A stretch of 64,000 bases of DNA from a virus. Of the stretch, positions 1-8,508 are shown in pieces. Within the stretch, counting starts at the first letter, position 1, and each line of letters starts with the position of its first letter. The notes under the pieces were generated by a model. The model worked only from the letters and a program-made list of their open reading frames with translations. It ran no database searches and was not told where the DNA came from. The position numbers and the translations under genes were made by a program. The stretch lies in the IMG/VR virus record IMGVR_UViG_3300045988_147571; one strand, 5' to 3'.

Positions 1-187
1 TTTTAAGTTTTATTGCAAGTCTTTTATTTTCTTCACATACACATATGATATCGGAGAGTAAAGAGTCATTCTTTATTTTTAATTTATCCACTTCCATTTT
101 CAAATTTATGTTTTCACCTATACAAGCAAACAAAATTATTAATGTTGCTACCAATACAACACTCAACCCTACTATTTGTACTAACAT
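1..187 (-). CDS. Hypothetical membrane protein, N-terminal fragment (gene continues past the left edge)
   Basis: ATG at 187 follows GAGGAGAAAG, which lies inside the last codons of the upstream gene. Translation MLVQIVGLSVVLVATLIILFAC... is a TM helix. The frame is open to position 1, so it is absent from the ORF track. Confidence 0.5.
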   Translation of the reverse strand, partial: MLVQIVGLSVVLVATLIILFACIGENINLKMEVDKLKIKNDSLLSDIICVCEENKRLAIKLK

Positions 188-1245
188 AAATCTTTCTCCT
201 CTTTTGTGCACAAGACAATTTCTCTTCTAATCGGGCATCCACCTAAGCAATCACATTGACGACTACAACATTTACAAGAATTCCTGAAATGGCTTCTGAA
301 ATCATCGAACACATCTGAATCCCATGCTTCCTGAATAGTGTGTTCATTAAGATCAACTGCCCACTTAAGTTCCTGATTGTCAAAGCTACATGGCAGCATT
401 TTCATATCTGACGTAATATAACCAGAAAATCTTGCTCCTTCACATGGTTCCAGAGTAGAGTTTAAAATCTCTTTTGTAAAATTCAGCAGTCCTGGCACTG
501 AACATGAATCAAATCCAATCTGAAATTTATAATCATGTTTATCTATCAGAGAGAAAAATTCTTTGACTCTTTCGTCATCAGGAGACAACACATTTGCCTG
601 AGTGCCTAAACCTACTGGCTTATGAAGTAAAAAGATTACTGCGTTGATGCCATTTGGAAAATCTTCCTGCTGCAAATGTTGAATAGCTTCATCAATAGAA
701 TTCCGTCCAAGTACATAATGAATATTGGTAGTAACTCCTGCAGATATTAACATGTTAATTGCTTTCTCTGTATATTCGCTTCTATACCAAGAAATAGCTA
801 CGGCTCCACAGTATTTTTTACAAAGAGATACAATCTCATCTGTAAACCCTAAGCCAGAACTTGTAAAGTTTGGTACAATTCCTTGTGATCTACAATACTT
901 AAGGATTTCTTCAAAGTCTTCATGCTGATCCACATCCCCTCTACCACCAAGAGCAAATTGAAATGTTTTCCCTTTGCATTCATCTACTATTCTTTTGAAA
1001 TTCTCAAGAGACATATTAGGCTCCTGTGTATGCAGCCCATTCTGATAACACTGAACTCCTGACTGAATGCATAAACCAGATGCTCCATGGACACAATGCC
1101 CCATAACACCGATGTCCAACAAAGCAGGAAAATCTCTCATAAATGGTTCCTTTCCTGTTGTAAGATCATCAGACCGGATATACAATCCTGTCTCCGGATC
1201 AAATGTTTCTACAAAGTTGTTTTTCTTGTCGTGATATTTATACAT
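181..1245 (-). CDS. Radical-SAM/SPASM-like Fe-S enzyme with non-canonical N-terminal Cys motif
   Basis: ORF track 181..1263; the likely start is ATG 1245, preceded by GAGAGGAGAA. It has LGGRGD (GGE-like) and a C-terminal CKCCSRQCDCLGGCP SPASM/twitch-like cluster. The N-terminal triad is GHCVHGASGLCIQSGVQC rather than CxxxCxxC. Confidence 0.5.
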   Translation of the reverse strand: MYKYHDKKNNFVETFDPETGLYIRSDDLTTGKEPFMRDFPALLDIGVMGHCVHGASGLCIQSGVQCYQNGLHTQEPNMSLENFKRIVDECKGKTFQFALGGRGDVDQHEDFEEILKYCRSQGIVPNFTSSGLGFTDEIVSLCKKYCGAVAISWYRSEYTEKAINMLISAGVTTNIHYVLGRNSIDEAIQHLQQEDFPNGINAVIFLLHKPVGLGTQANVLSPDDERVKEFFSLIDKHDYKFQIGFDSCSVPGLLNFTKEILNSTLEPCEGARFSGYITSDMKMLPCSFDNQELKWAVDLNEHTIQEAWDSDVFDDFRSHFRNSCKCCSRQCDCLGGCPIRREIVLCTKEEKDLC

Positions 1246-1513
1246 GAATTTTTCTCCTCTCAATTAATTTTCTTATCCCTGTGGACTCAATCATTTCATT
1301 ATCCCATGACCAACCCTTTGTCTCGTCCTCAAAAAAAGCTAAGGTTTCTCCATGATTAAAAACGGATTTAATTGTATATGTATTCCCACAAAATACAATC
1401 ATTTTTCTTGTAAAAACTGAAGGTGTTGGTATGTTTCCCCGGCGATTAAGCCCATATTCTTTTTTCATTCGTTCCCAAGATTTAATTCTTACTTTCTGTC
1501 CTACTTTATACAT
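1238..1513 (-). CDS. Small tail-motif protein, SH3-like type (paralog array 1)
   Basis: ORF track. N-terminal MYKVGQKVRIKSWERM, internal FCG, C-terminal LIERRK tail. The GAG AGG AGA codons form the SD for ATG 1245. Confidence 0.75.
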   Translation of the reverse strand: MYKVGQKVRIKSWERMKKEYGLNRRGNIPTPSVFTRKMIVFCGNTYTIKSVFNHGETLAFFEDETKGWSWDNEMIESTGIRKLIERRKIHV

Positions 1514-1782
1514 GCCTGTCTCCTTGTGATTAACATTGATAAGTCTCCTTTTTCAAACATTTCACTTGTAAAAGTCCAATAGTTTCCAGTATTCAAATAA
1601 TAAGCATCATTAAAATTTCGTATATCAATTATCCGTAACTTTTTACCACAATACTTTTTCATTTCTTTTACAAAATACCAAGTCCTGCATGCAATAGAAC
1701 CATGAATAGTGGTGCCAAACTCCTCGGCCATATCATCCCATTGGCGAATCTGGACAATGTCTCCTATTTTGTATTGCCTCAT
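1501..1782 (-). CDS. Small tail-motif protein, SH3-like type (paralog array 1)
   Basis: ORF track. YKIGDIVQIRQWDDM, KKYCG, LITRRQ tail (ACA AGG AGA CAG GC ATG). Overlaps both neighbours. Confidence 0.75.
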   Translation of the reverse strand: MRQYKIGDIVQIRQWDDMAEEFGTTIHGSIACRTWYFVKEMKKYCGKKLRIIDIRNFNDAYYLNTGNYWTFTSEMFEKGDLSMLITRRQACIK

Positions 1783-2029
1783 ACAAACCTCCTATTGGCT
1801 TAACCATATCCATACTCCATATAAACTTTCCTTCATCTTCTTGGACTCTAAAGAGATTATACCAGCCTGTTGTACTAACAACTGTAACAATAGTGCCACA
1901 GTACTTTTTCATACTTAACATAAAGTCGCCCACACATAATATATATGTTTCGGCTACCCCTTCAGCAATTCCGAATTCTCTAACCATATCATCCCAAGAA
2001 CGAACTTTATACTTTTGTCCTACTTTCAT
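1733..2029 (-). CDS. Small tail-motif protein, SH3-like type (paralog array 1)
   Basis: ORF track. MKVGQKYKVRSWDDM, KKYCG, AIQNRR tail. Has a 50-nt out-of-frame overlap with the next gene. Confidence 0.7.
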   Translation of the reverse strand: MKVGQKYKVRSWDDMVREFGIAEGVAETYILCVGDFMLSMKKYCGTIVTVVSTTGWYNLFRVQEDEGKFIWSMDMVKPIGGLYEAIQNRRHCPDSPMG

Positions 2030-2300
2030 TTCTCACCTCAATCATTCTTTTCAAGCTAGGTACGACCAACATATTCTCAGTAAACAAAAATTGTTCTGAA
2101 GTGTTTATACTTTTTCCTTGGTATACTCCTTCATAAAGAGGATCTTTTCCAATTATACGTATCTTGTCTCCACATAAAACCTTCATCCTAGATAAAAATA
2201 GTATGTCTCCAAAATCTAAAGCTCCAAGATAATCACCATTAGAAGCCTTTTTAAGTTCTTCCCAAGTTTTTAAATAATATGTTTTCCCTATTTTTAACAT
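2007..2300 (-). CDS. Small tail-motif protein, SH3-like type (paralog array 1, divergent)
   Basis: ORF track. MLKIGKTYYLKTWEEL, VLCG, MIEVRNE tail. Confidence 0.7.
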   Translation of the reverse strand: MLKIGKTYYLKTWEELKKASNGDYLGALDFGDILFLSRMKVLCGDKIRIIGKDPLYEGVYQGKSINTSEQFLFTENMLVVPSLKRMIEVRNESRTKV

Positions 2301-2305
2301 AGTCT

Positions 2306-3382
2306 TTACCCAACCATCATGACATCAACTGCATTTTTAAATTTTCTCAGCATTTCCGGATTAGAAGAAATGATTTTCTTTCTTCTTGCTCTTGCCTTTC
2401 CATGCTTATTAATATAACGAGTTTCTAAGTTGTGCCAATTAATTGGAGTCATTTCTCCCATCTTTTTGTATACTTTTCTATATGTAACCATTCCTCCATT
2501 GCTCTTATCTCCATATTTTTCTACAAGAGGCGCAATAATAGAATCTGTTGCATCCTGATTACAGATTGATTCATATTTCTCATACAGATCCCCTAATGCA
2601 GCACTAAAGATAGACCTCAGAGTATCGTTGGCGTAGACAACATCATAAGTACTAAATTTACTTACTGGATTATGCTTCTCTTTATAATCTTTCACTTCCT
2701 GATCCCAACAAATACCATAGTTTTTATTCATATACTTATATACGGTTTTCATTACAGAACCACGATCAGAAAATTTATCACAAGTAGTGAGAGCATCAAT
2801 CATCTGATACATATCATTTTTCCATTTTTTGCCTGGATCCTCTACTTTCTTTACAGGAAGAGGTGTCGTAACAGCTTTCTCCTGAACCATCATAGAAGCT
2901 AAACGTCCCATATCTTCAAAGATTTTATCTACTTTTCTTTCTAATACTTCAATTTTGTTATTGAAATCTGGCAACTGTAACTGGATAACATTCGAGTTAG
3001 TGACTTTCTTCTCAAGGAAAGCTGCTGCCAATACATCTTTTGCCTTGAGCTGATATGTTATAAGTTTTTCTGCTATCCCTGGTTGTTCCTTTCTCATAGT
3101 TGGAGTTACTGAGATTTTAGCCAACCATAATGGTAAATAATCTAACTGTAAGCACATAACATTCTGATTCCCGCCATTAGTAAGGAGGGTAAAATTTTGT
3201 ACCCCCTTTGAAATTACTGAATCCGTCTGCATTTTTCTTCTTTCATATTTAATCCGGTTATCATCTAAACCGATAGCTTCACACACCCAACAAGCACCAA
3301 CCCAAATATTTCCATCAGGATCCTGTGCTGCTTTAAGAATATCTCCGTTAAATTCTACTTCTTTTGCTGTTAATCTATCCAT
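2306..3382 (-). CDS. Antirepressor-like protein (P22 Ant N-terminal-domain type)
   Basis: The N-terminus VEFNGDILKAAQDPDGNIWVGACWVCEAIGLD...VMCLQLDYLPLWLAKISV parallels, from memory, P22 Ant VPFNGQNVLAAKTDAGNVYVAMKPIVEGMGL...MLCMPLKKLNGWLFSI. Confidence 0.5.
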   Translation of the reverse strand: MDRLTAKEVEFNGDILKAAQDPDGNIWVGACWVCEAIGLDDNRIKYERRKMQTDSVISKGVQNFTLLTNGGNQNVMCLQLDYLPLWLAKISVTPTMRKEQPGIAEKLITYQLKAKDVLAAAFLEKKVTNSNVIQLQLPDFNNKIEVLERKVDKIFEDMGRLASMMVQEKAVTTPLPVKKVEDPGKKWKNDMYQMIDALTTCDKFSDRGSVMKTVYKYMNKNYGICWDQEVKDYKEKHNPVSKFSTYDVVYANDTLRSIFSAALGDLYEKYESICNQDATDSIIAPLVEKYGDKSNGGMVTYRKVYKKMGEMTPINWHNLETRYINKHGKARARRKKIISSNPEMLRKFKNAVDVMMVG

Positions 3383-3399
3383 AATACTGTTCCTTTCAT

Positions 3400-3825
3400 T
3401 TAAAATTTATGACACTGCATTTTACTTAATCTTTGAGCACTATAGTAAATCTGGTAATAAGAGAATGTATTATACGCATTTAAAGCGTATAGCTCACCGT
3501 TATGAATTTCTTCTTCTATTTTGGAAATATCGTAAGTACCAGAATAAAACTCTTTTTCGTCTTCAGTAACGTCGTTATAAACTAAATCTATAAGAATCTG
3601 CTTAATCTGATCAACAGTGCCAGATACACGCATGAATCTAATGCCATTAACTATTGAACATGAAATAGCAATAATCCATTCTTCTGCGTCTTCGTAGTCA
3701 GCAAGTGCATTCATTACATCATATTCTCTTTCTCCCTCGAAACAAACATCTGGGAAATCACTTCCGTCATGTATTGCAATAGCTTTTTCGCCATCATTAT
3801 TAAATCTTTCAGTCCATCTATTCAT
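3400..3825 (-). CDS. Hypothetical protein
   Basis: ORF track. TAAATG junction with the upstream gene and an AGAGGTGGAG SD. Confidence 0.65.
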   Translation of the reverse strand: MNRWTERFNNDGEKAIAIHDGSDFPDVCFEGEREYDVMNALADYEDAEEWIIAISCSIVNGIRFMRVSGTVDQIKQILIDLVYNDVTEDEKEFYSGTYDISKIEEEIHNGELYALNAYNTFSYYQIYYSAQRLSKMQCHKF

Positions 3826-4377
3826 TTACTCCACCTCTTTCAACTTCTCCACTGCAAGCTTCAATGACTCTACAAATTCATCATTCAACGCTGTACGGTC
3901 TGGATTTTCGATAAATTTTTCAATATCTTCAATTGCTTTTTCTTCAGGTGTAGAAACTGTCACTTTTCCTGTTTTCACAATTTCAATAAGTTCATCAATG
4001 CCATCTTTCCAGTTGCATGTATTACACAAACTACAGTTACACTTAGTGTTCGTGTAGTGCAATACGCATTCTGAACAACCTCCGTTGCAATCGCTTATAT
4101 CTGCAATACGATTAGCAAACTCTCTTGCCGTCATTTCTTTCGTCCCGAGAAGTTCTGAGGCTTCGTAGAAAGCATCACACTCTACTCCGATACGTACGCT
4201 GTGCACCACATCTTTGTTATTACAAAATTTTAAAATATCTGGAAAATGTTGTCCTGGCAATGGCTTACAATTGCCTTTCGAATACCAATGAAATCCCTGT
4301 TTCTCAGCTTCTTTGAGAAGCATTTCATTTTCTTCTTCTGTCTTAACCAAGATACATGTATTTCTTAAATCAACCAT
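3826..4377 (-). CDS. GF[TH]W-domain paralog fused to a Cys-rich C-terminal domain
   Basis: Track ORF 3826..4434. The likely start is ATG 4377 (AAAGGAGG SD inside the upstream gene), giving MVDLRNTCILV...AEKQGFHWYS, parallel to 5737 and 5975. The C-terminal region has CNGGCSEC and CNCSLCNTC. Confidence 0.65.
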   Translation of the reverse strand: MVDLRNTCILVKTEEENEMLLKEAEKQGFHWYSKGNCKPLPGQHFPDILKFCNNKDVVHSVRIGVECDAFYEASELLGTKEMTAREFANRIADISDCNGGCSECVLHYTNTKCNCSLCNTCNWKDGIDELIEIVKTGKVTVSTPEEKAIEDIEKFIENPDRTALNDEFVESLKLAVEKLKEVE

Positions 4378-4621
4378 CTGCGTTTCCTCCTTTAATTTTG
4401 CTAATACAAGTGTTCCAACCTCGAATCCATGCAAGACTAAGTTTACTTCTCCAATATTCCTCTTCTTTCTCCTCCAGCAATGGCTTCAATGGACACCAAT
4501 TAGGGATTACATCATTGTTCGGAACTCTCCTATCATTCATTGCTCTGCACCAAAATCCGCTTATAAATTTACATTTTCCGCAATTCTCTGGTGTGTCAAT
4601 CACTAATACTGATTTACTCAT
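4370..4621 (-). CDS. Small Cys-containing hypothetical protein
   Basis: ORF track. CGKCKF...WCPL. Its stop overlaps the next start (ATGGTTGA). Confidence 0.6.
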   Translation of the reverse strand: MSKSVLVIDTPENCGKCKFISGFWCRAMNDRRVPNNDVIPNWCPLKPLLEEKEEEYWRSKLSLAWIRGWNTCISKIKGGNADG

Positions 4622-4863
4622 TCAACTCCACCACATTTCACGATTTCAATAACCGTCTGATATAGCGCAGCATTTCTTCCAACCAGTTTTGTTATGTATG
4701 TATCCAACTGCTCCACAACTGCTTCCACATCATAGGCGGTCGGCTGCGCATCAATCATTTTAAACGCACTTTCTGCCGTAATTAAACTGTCTTTTCCTCC
4801 AACTTGCTTGTAAAATAACTCTTCATTCATTGCATCCGCATCAATCAGTCTCATATTCCTCAC
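4618..4863 (-). CDS. Hypothetical protein
   Basis: ORF track. The start may be GTG 4863 or ATG 4854. Overlaps its neighbours. Confidence 0.6.
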   Translation of the reverse strand: MRNMRLIDADAMNEELFYKQVGGKDSLITAESAFKMIDAQPTAYDVEAVVEQLDTYITKLVGRNAALYQTVIEIVKCGGVE

Positions 4864-5323
4864 ACTCCAGTTTTTTCAAATCCTCAATTAACCAGGGTTC
4901 TTCATCTTCCCATTTGATAAAGTCAAACATATTACCATACATATTGCTTGATACATAATAATAACGATCATTATCCTCATCATCAGGTATCCAATAATTA
5001 TCCATAGAATTACGTTTTGGCTTATTATAATAAATACAAAGGTTATCATTGAAGTCTCTTGCAATATATTTAAAATTAGGTAAAATGGCATCAAGGAAGT
5101 TCTTTTCTCTTGATGTAATTGTAGGTTTCTCTATGTATTCTGATTCTGACCATTCATATCGTTTAGTTCTACAACTTTTTTCACCAGTAGAATCATTAAA
5201 TTTACACATATCACATTTAAAACGATCACAAAAAGTAATTTCACTTGACTTTGTAACTGAAAATGAATCTCCTTTGCAAGCAATATCTATAATTTCTTTG
5301 GCAAATTTCTCTCTATTTTTCAT
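4841..5323 (-). CDS. Hypothetical protein
   Basis: ORF track, within the operon. Confidence 0.65.
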   Translation of the reverse strand: MKNREKFAKEIIDIACKGDSFSVTKSSEITFCDRFKCDMCKFNDSTGEKSCRTKRYEWSESEYIEKPTITSREKNFLDAILPNFKYIARDFNDNLCIYYNKPKRNSMDNYWIPDDEDNDRYYYVSSNMYGNMFDFIKWEDEEPWLIEDLKKLECEEYETD

Positions 5324-5332
5324 AAAATCACC

Positions 5333-5743
5333 TCAATAAATCTCTTTAACAGCTCCCCAAAACATAATTGAATTATCAATATCAATGCCCCATTGCTCCT
5401 CATGCGAAGAGCATGTACTTTCATACTCATACTGTGGAAAACCAACTGTAACATCTTCTGTTTCAATAACTTTTCCTACTGATGTAGGTTCTTTGTCTTC
5501 CTGATGGTAGTAAACTATTCCAGTAAGAAACTCTATTACCATCTCTTTATACTTTGGATCACACCAAACATATACCTTATTTCCTGAGTCATTTTCTATT
5601 CTCCAGATAATGTCTTTATATTCTCTTGCGTTGTTACACAGTCTAAGCCATGCCATTGCATAACTTTCTGTTGTAGGTGCTGTAAAATCAGCAGTAATCA
5701 TTACCGCCTTTTTCCGCTCAATAGATAATTTCTCTTTTAACAT
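5333..5743 (-). CDS. Hypothetical protein
   Basis: Track ORF 5333..5803. The likely start is ATG 5743, with an AAGAGGAA SD encoded by the upstream KRKEEQ tail. Confidence 0.6.
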   Translation of the reverse strand: MLKEKLSIERKKAVMITADFTAPTTESYAMAWLRLCNNAREYKDIIWRIENDSGNKVYVWCDPKYKEMVIEFLTGIVYYHQEDKEPTSVGKVIETEDVTVGFPQYEYESTCSSHEEQWGIDIDNSIMFWGAVKEIY

Positions 5744-6012
5744 AATTGTTCCTCTTTTCTTTTCAGTATTAAATTTCCTAACGTGCTCACTATATCCTTG
5801 CATTGATAATCACGATTATAGAAATCAGCGGAAGAATTATAACGTACTTCATAGTGTTCATCAAAACGTAATCTTGTTGGAAAGTCACAAAGTATATTGG
5901 TTAATTTAATTCCGGTTGCCCATGTGAAACCTTGATTTTGAGCTTCTTTGATTAACGCTATATATTCTGCTTTATTATTCACCAAAACAGTGCACTTTTT
6001 TAAATTTATCAT
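5737..6012 (-). CDS. GFTWA-domain small protein with LILKRK tail
   Basis: ORF track. MINLKKCTVLVNN...AQNQGFTWATG...FPTRLRF is a paralog of 5975..6283. Confidence 0.7.
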   Translation of the reverse strand: MINLKKCTVLVNNKAEYIALIKEAQNQGFTWATGIKLTNILCDFPTRLRFDEHYEVRYNSSADFYNRDYQCKDIVSTLGNLILKRKEEQLC

Positions 6013-6283
6013 TAGCCATTTCCTTTCTAATCATTATGAGCCTTCGCACTCCTTCAATTAAAACCATGCATTCAGGATAATCTCGTGCACGTCTTCCACG
6101 ACTAGAACCATAATATGTATAATAATTTTTTCTAAATTCTAGCCTCGTTGGAAACCTGCAGAAAACTTTATTTAAAGAATCCCCAGATGCCCATGTAAAT
6201 CCTTGCTTCATAGCAATTTTAGTTATAGCCGAATATTCTTTTATATTGTTGACCAATACAGTAGAATCTCTAAGATCAATCAT
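5975..6283 (-). CDS. GFTWA-domain small protein with LIMIRK tail
   Basis: Track ORF 5975..6295. ATG 6283 overlaps the TGA of the unlisted upstream ORF. MIDLRDSTVLVNN...MKQGFTWASG...FPTRLEF. Confidence 0.7.
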   Translation of the reverse strand: MIDLRDSTVLVNNIKEYSAITKIAMKQGFTWASGDSLNKVFCRFPTRLEFRKNYYTYYGSSRGRRARDYPECMVLIEGVRRLIMIRKEMANDKFKKVHCFGE

Positions 6284-6420
6284 TTCCACCCCCAACCTTT
6301 CCAGACGAGCATTTTCTTCAAGTTTTTACACTTAATGAAACTTGGAGTGTATTCCTTTGTCTGTTCGCAATAGCCGAACCATTTACCTGACACATCCTGA
6401 TGAAGTTCAAATACTTTCAT
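6280..6420 (-). CDS. Unlisted 46-aa ORF (MKVFELHQDVSGKWFGYCEQ...WKGWGWK)
   Basis: ATG 6420 lies 10 nt after the AGGAGG encoded by the RRQ tail of 6425..6697. Its TGA overlaps ATG 6283 (ATGA). Below the track size cut-off. Confidence 0.4.
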   Translation of the reverse strand: MKVFELHQDVSGKWFGYCEQTKEYTPSFIKCKNLKKMLVWKGWGWK

Positions 6421-6424
6421 TATA

Positions 6425-6697
6425 TTACTGCCTCCTTGCTATTATTAAATGTTCTAAACTGTTTGCCGGAAGTAGCATTGCATTGTTAAAATACCAAGTT
6501 ATTTCTTCATCATCTATTAATAGATGATATTCATCTAATTCAGGATCTGTAATTTTAGTTATTACACAAACTTTCCCACAAAGTTTATACATGTCTTTGC
6601 TGAACCATAATCTTTCCATTGAATTTTCATAATAGTAATACTGCTCACTATTTAAATCTTTTCTAATTACTACTCTATCTCCGACTTCGTACTTCAT
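6425..6697 (-). CDS. Small tail-motif protein, SH3-like type (paralog array 2)
   Basis: ORF track. MKYEVGDRVVIRKDL, KLCG, W-x-F...ML, LIIARRQ tail (GCA AGG AGG CAG TAA). Confidence 0.75.
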   Translation of the reverse strand: MKYEVGDRVVIRKDLNSEQYYYYENSMERLWFSKDMYKLCGKVCVITKITDPELDEYHLLIDDEEITWYFNNAMLLPANSLEHLIIARRQ

Positions 6698-6990
6698 AAT
6701 TTTTCCTTTCTAATTTCTATAAGCTTTGCTAAACATTGAACAGGTTCTAACATTGTGTCACTAAAAACCCATTCCCTTGCTTCATCTCCCAGTGCTAGCC
6801 TATAGTTCATACAGTCAAAGTGTCGCGATGGAACCTTATCTATGATTTTATACGCATGGCCACAGAATTTTTGCATGTTAACGTTAAAAAACAAATATGC
6901 ATTATCGGCACCATTATAATAATATTTTGAGCCACCTTCCAAGCCACTTCTAACTCTCACTATATCACCTATTTTATATTTCTCTTGCAT
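6694..6990 (-). CDS. Small tail-motif protein, SH3-like type (paralog array 2)
   Basis: ORF track. KYKIGDIVRVRSGL, KFCG, LIEIRKE tail. ATGA overlap with the next gene. Confidence 0.75.
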   Translation of the reverse strand: MQEKYKIGDIVRVRSGLEGGSKYYYNGADNAYLFFNVNMQKFCGHAYKIIDKVPSRHFDCMNYRLALGDEAREWVFSDTMLEPVQCLAKLIEIRKEKL

Positions 6991-7247
6991 ATCAAACTCC
7001 TTAACCCATCAACAGGTATCAGCATTGCATCATTAAATACCCATCTATATTCCTCTTTTCCCAGAGATAATCTATAAGTTATTTGATCACAACCAATTGC
7101 TACTATTTCATACTCTCTTCCACGAAATTTTTCCATTGCCTGAGCAAAATACAACTCCTCTTCATAGAATGGATCTGAAAATGGATAACATCGTCCACCA
7201 ATTAAGTCTGTTCGGACGATTACTCTATCCCCAACTTTATATTTCAT
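6969..7247 (-). CDS. Small tail-motif protein, SH3-like type (paralog array 2)
   Basis: Track ORF to 7265. The likely start is ATG 7247, after AAGAGGAGG. MKYKVGDRVIVRTDL, LICKRN tail. Confidence 0.75.
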   Translation of the reverse strand: MKYKVGDRVIVRTDLIGGRCYPFSDPFYEEELYFAQAMEKFRGREYEIVAIGCDQITYRLSLGKEEYRWVFNDAMLIPVDGLRSLICKRNIK

Positions 7248-7473
7248 GTTTCCTCCTCTTATCAATTAGTACAGTTAGTCCTTTGTAAGGAATGAATTCC
7301 TCTGCAGGAAACCAATAATTACTAGCTTCTTCCAGTTCATAAGCTTTTCTTCCAGAAGTTAGTTTTATAATTGATTTTATAGTACATATATTTCCTAATA
7401 GATAATTTATATCTACGCCCCATAGAATACGAGATATATTAGATCTGAGAATCACTTTATCCCCTTTTTCCAT
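7237..7473 (-). CDS. Small tail-motif protein, SH3-like type (paralog array 2)
   Basis: ORF track. MEKGDKVILRS, LIDKRRK tail (AAG AGG AGG AAA C ATG). Confidence 0.7.
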   Translation of the reverse strand: MEKGDKVILRSNISRILWGVDINYLLGNICTIKSIIKLTSGRKAYELEEASNYWFPAEEFIPYKGLTVLIDKRRKHEI

Positions 7474-7705
7474 ACTGTCTCCTTTTGTGAATTGCTAAAA
7501 ATAAAGTACCTTCTGCAGGAATAAATATGCTACAAGGGAAAACATATATTTCTTCCTCTACATAACAATAAGATGTGCTATCATCATCACCTATACGTTT
7601 TATAGTCATAATTTTACCTTTAATTTGTTCCATAGGGATTCCCCATATGAAGTCATATGACCTAAGTAGAATAGGATCAACTATTACTTTATCTCCAACT
7701 TTCAT
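7457..7705 (-). CDS. Small tail-motif protein, SH3-like type (paralog array 2)
   Basis: Track ORF to 7741. The likely start is ATG 7705, after GGAGGAA. MKVGDKVIV, LAIHKRRQ tail. Confidence 0.7.
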   Translation of the reverse strand: MKVGDKVIVDPILLRSYDFIWGIPMEQIKGKIMTIKRIGDDDSTSYCYVEEEIYVFPCSIFIPAEGTLFLAIHKRRQYGKRG

Positions 7706-7706
7706 C

Positions 7707-7862
7707 TTATTCCTCCAGTATAAAACCAAGTACTTCCGCAATGCTCATACCTGATATGTCTAATAGTTTCATTTCCTTTGAGGCATATTGCACAATGCAA
7801 ATCCCGTCCTTGATTGTGCAACTTATTATGTCTCTCTTTTTAAATAACTTACTCAATTCCAT
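7707..7862 (-). CDS. Unlisted 51-aa ORF (MELSKLFKKRDIISCTIKDG...)
   Basis: ATG 7862 follows an AAGGAG SD. Its stop lies 1 nt before ATG 7705, and its LEE codons supply the GGAGGAA SD for that start. Confidence 0.45.
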   Translation of the reverse strand: MELSKLFKKRDIISCTIKDGICIVQYASKEMKLLDISGMSIAEVLGFILEE

Positions 7863-7876
7863 AATGGCTCCTTAAG

Positions 7877-7907
7877 ATTCTCTTGGGGAGTCGAACCCCA
7901 AGAGAAC
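7877..7907 (-). other. tRNA acceptor/T-arm minihelix-like hairpin in the mRNA leader
   Basis: The minus-strand RNA GUUCUCUUGGGG-UUCGACU-CCCCAAGAGAAU forms a 12-bp stem. The terminal G-U pair exists only on this strand. The 7-nt loop matches the tRNA T-loop consensus. Confidence 0.4.
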
Positions 7908-7923
7908 TGTTTTATTTTATTGT

Positions 7924-8448
7924 TTACTCAGCATCTGGAAGATAGAACTTTTTGATTCTATCCTCTCCTACAGCTTCGACAGCAGCCATTGCTACCTCAT
8001 GAGAGCTGAAGTAAATACCATCTGTGATTTTTCTTCTGCTCCATGTGGAATCAACTTTCTCTGTCTCTCTGTTCCAGCAGAGTTTGTATTTTCTCTGAGA
8101 GTGATCGTCCCAGTCAATCTCTGCATTGTGATCAATAGCGAAGCGTTTCAGCTCTGCTACAATCATCAGATATTCAGCGGCTGCATCTCTCTCTTCCTCA
8201 GTCTTAAAGCAGTTGCCTACTGCAAGTCTCATCACGTCTTTCTGGTTCTCAGTTGTGAATACTCCACCATCTTTCTTGCCTGTACCCCACAGGTAGAAAT
8301 ACTGCTCACCCTCTGTTGGCTCCCAATGTTTCTGTGCTGTCTCTGGTGCATCAACCATTCCCTGAAGTGCTCCGATGAGTTCTTTAAGCTCGTCCTGTCC
8401 AAGTGCTGCCATAATGTTTGTAATAATAGTTGTGTTCATCATAATCAT
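7924..8448 (-). CDS. Hypothetical protein
   Basis: ORF track. Several clustered ATGs sit at the N-terminus, with a GGAG SD upstream. Confidence 0.7.
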   Translation of the reverse strand: MIMMNTTIITNIMAALGQDELKELIGALQGMVDAPETAQKHWEPTEGEQYFYLWGTGKKDGGVFTTENQKDVMRLAVGNCFKTEEERDAAAEYLMIVAELKRFAIDHNAEIDWDDHSQRKYKLCWNRETEKVDSTWSRRKITDGIYFSSHEVAMAAVEAVGEDRIKKFYLPDAE

Positions 8449-8508
8449 AATCTCCTATTCTTGTTTAAAATTTGTTTTTTTGTTTGTTTCAATCTTTACC
8501 CATAATCC

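Noticed and set aside
7877-7907. T-arm-like hairpin as an attP core (tRNA 3-prime half used for integration)
   Set aside because: No integrase or excisionase is present in the window. The element sits inside an operon with an SD-ATG 14 nt downstream. It is kept as an RNA-level finding instead.
7999-8505. 168-aa plus-strand ORF
   Set aside because: It is antisense to the better-supported gene 7924..8448 in a uniformly minus-strand operon.
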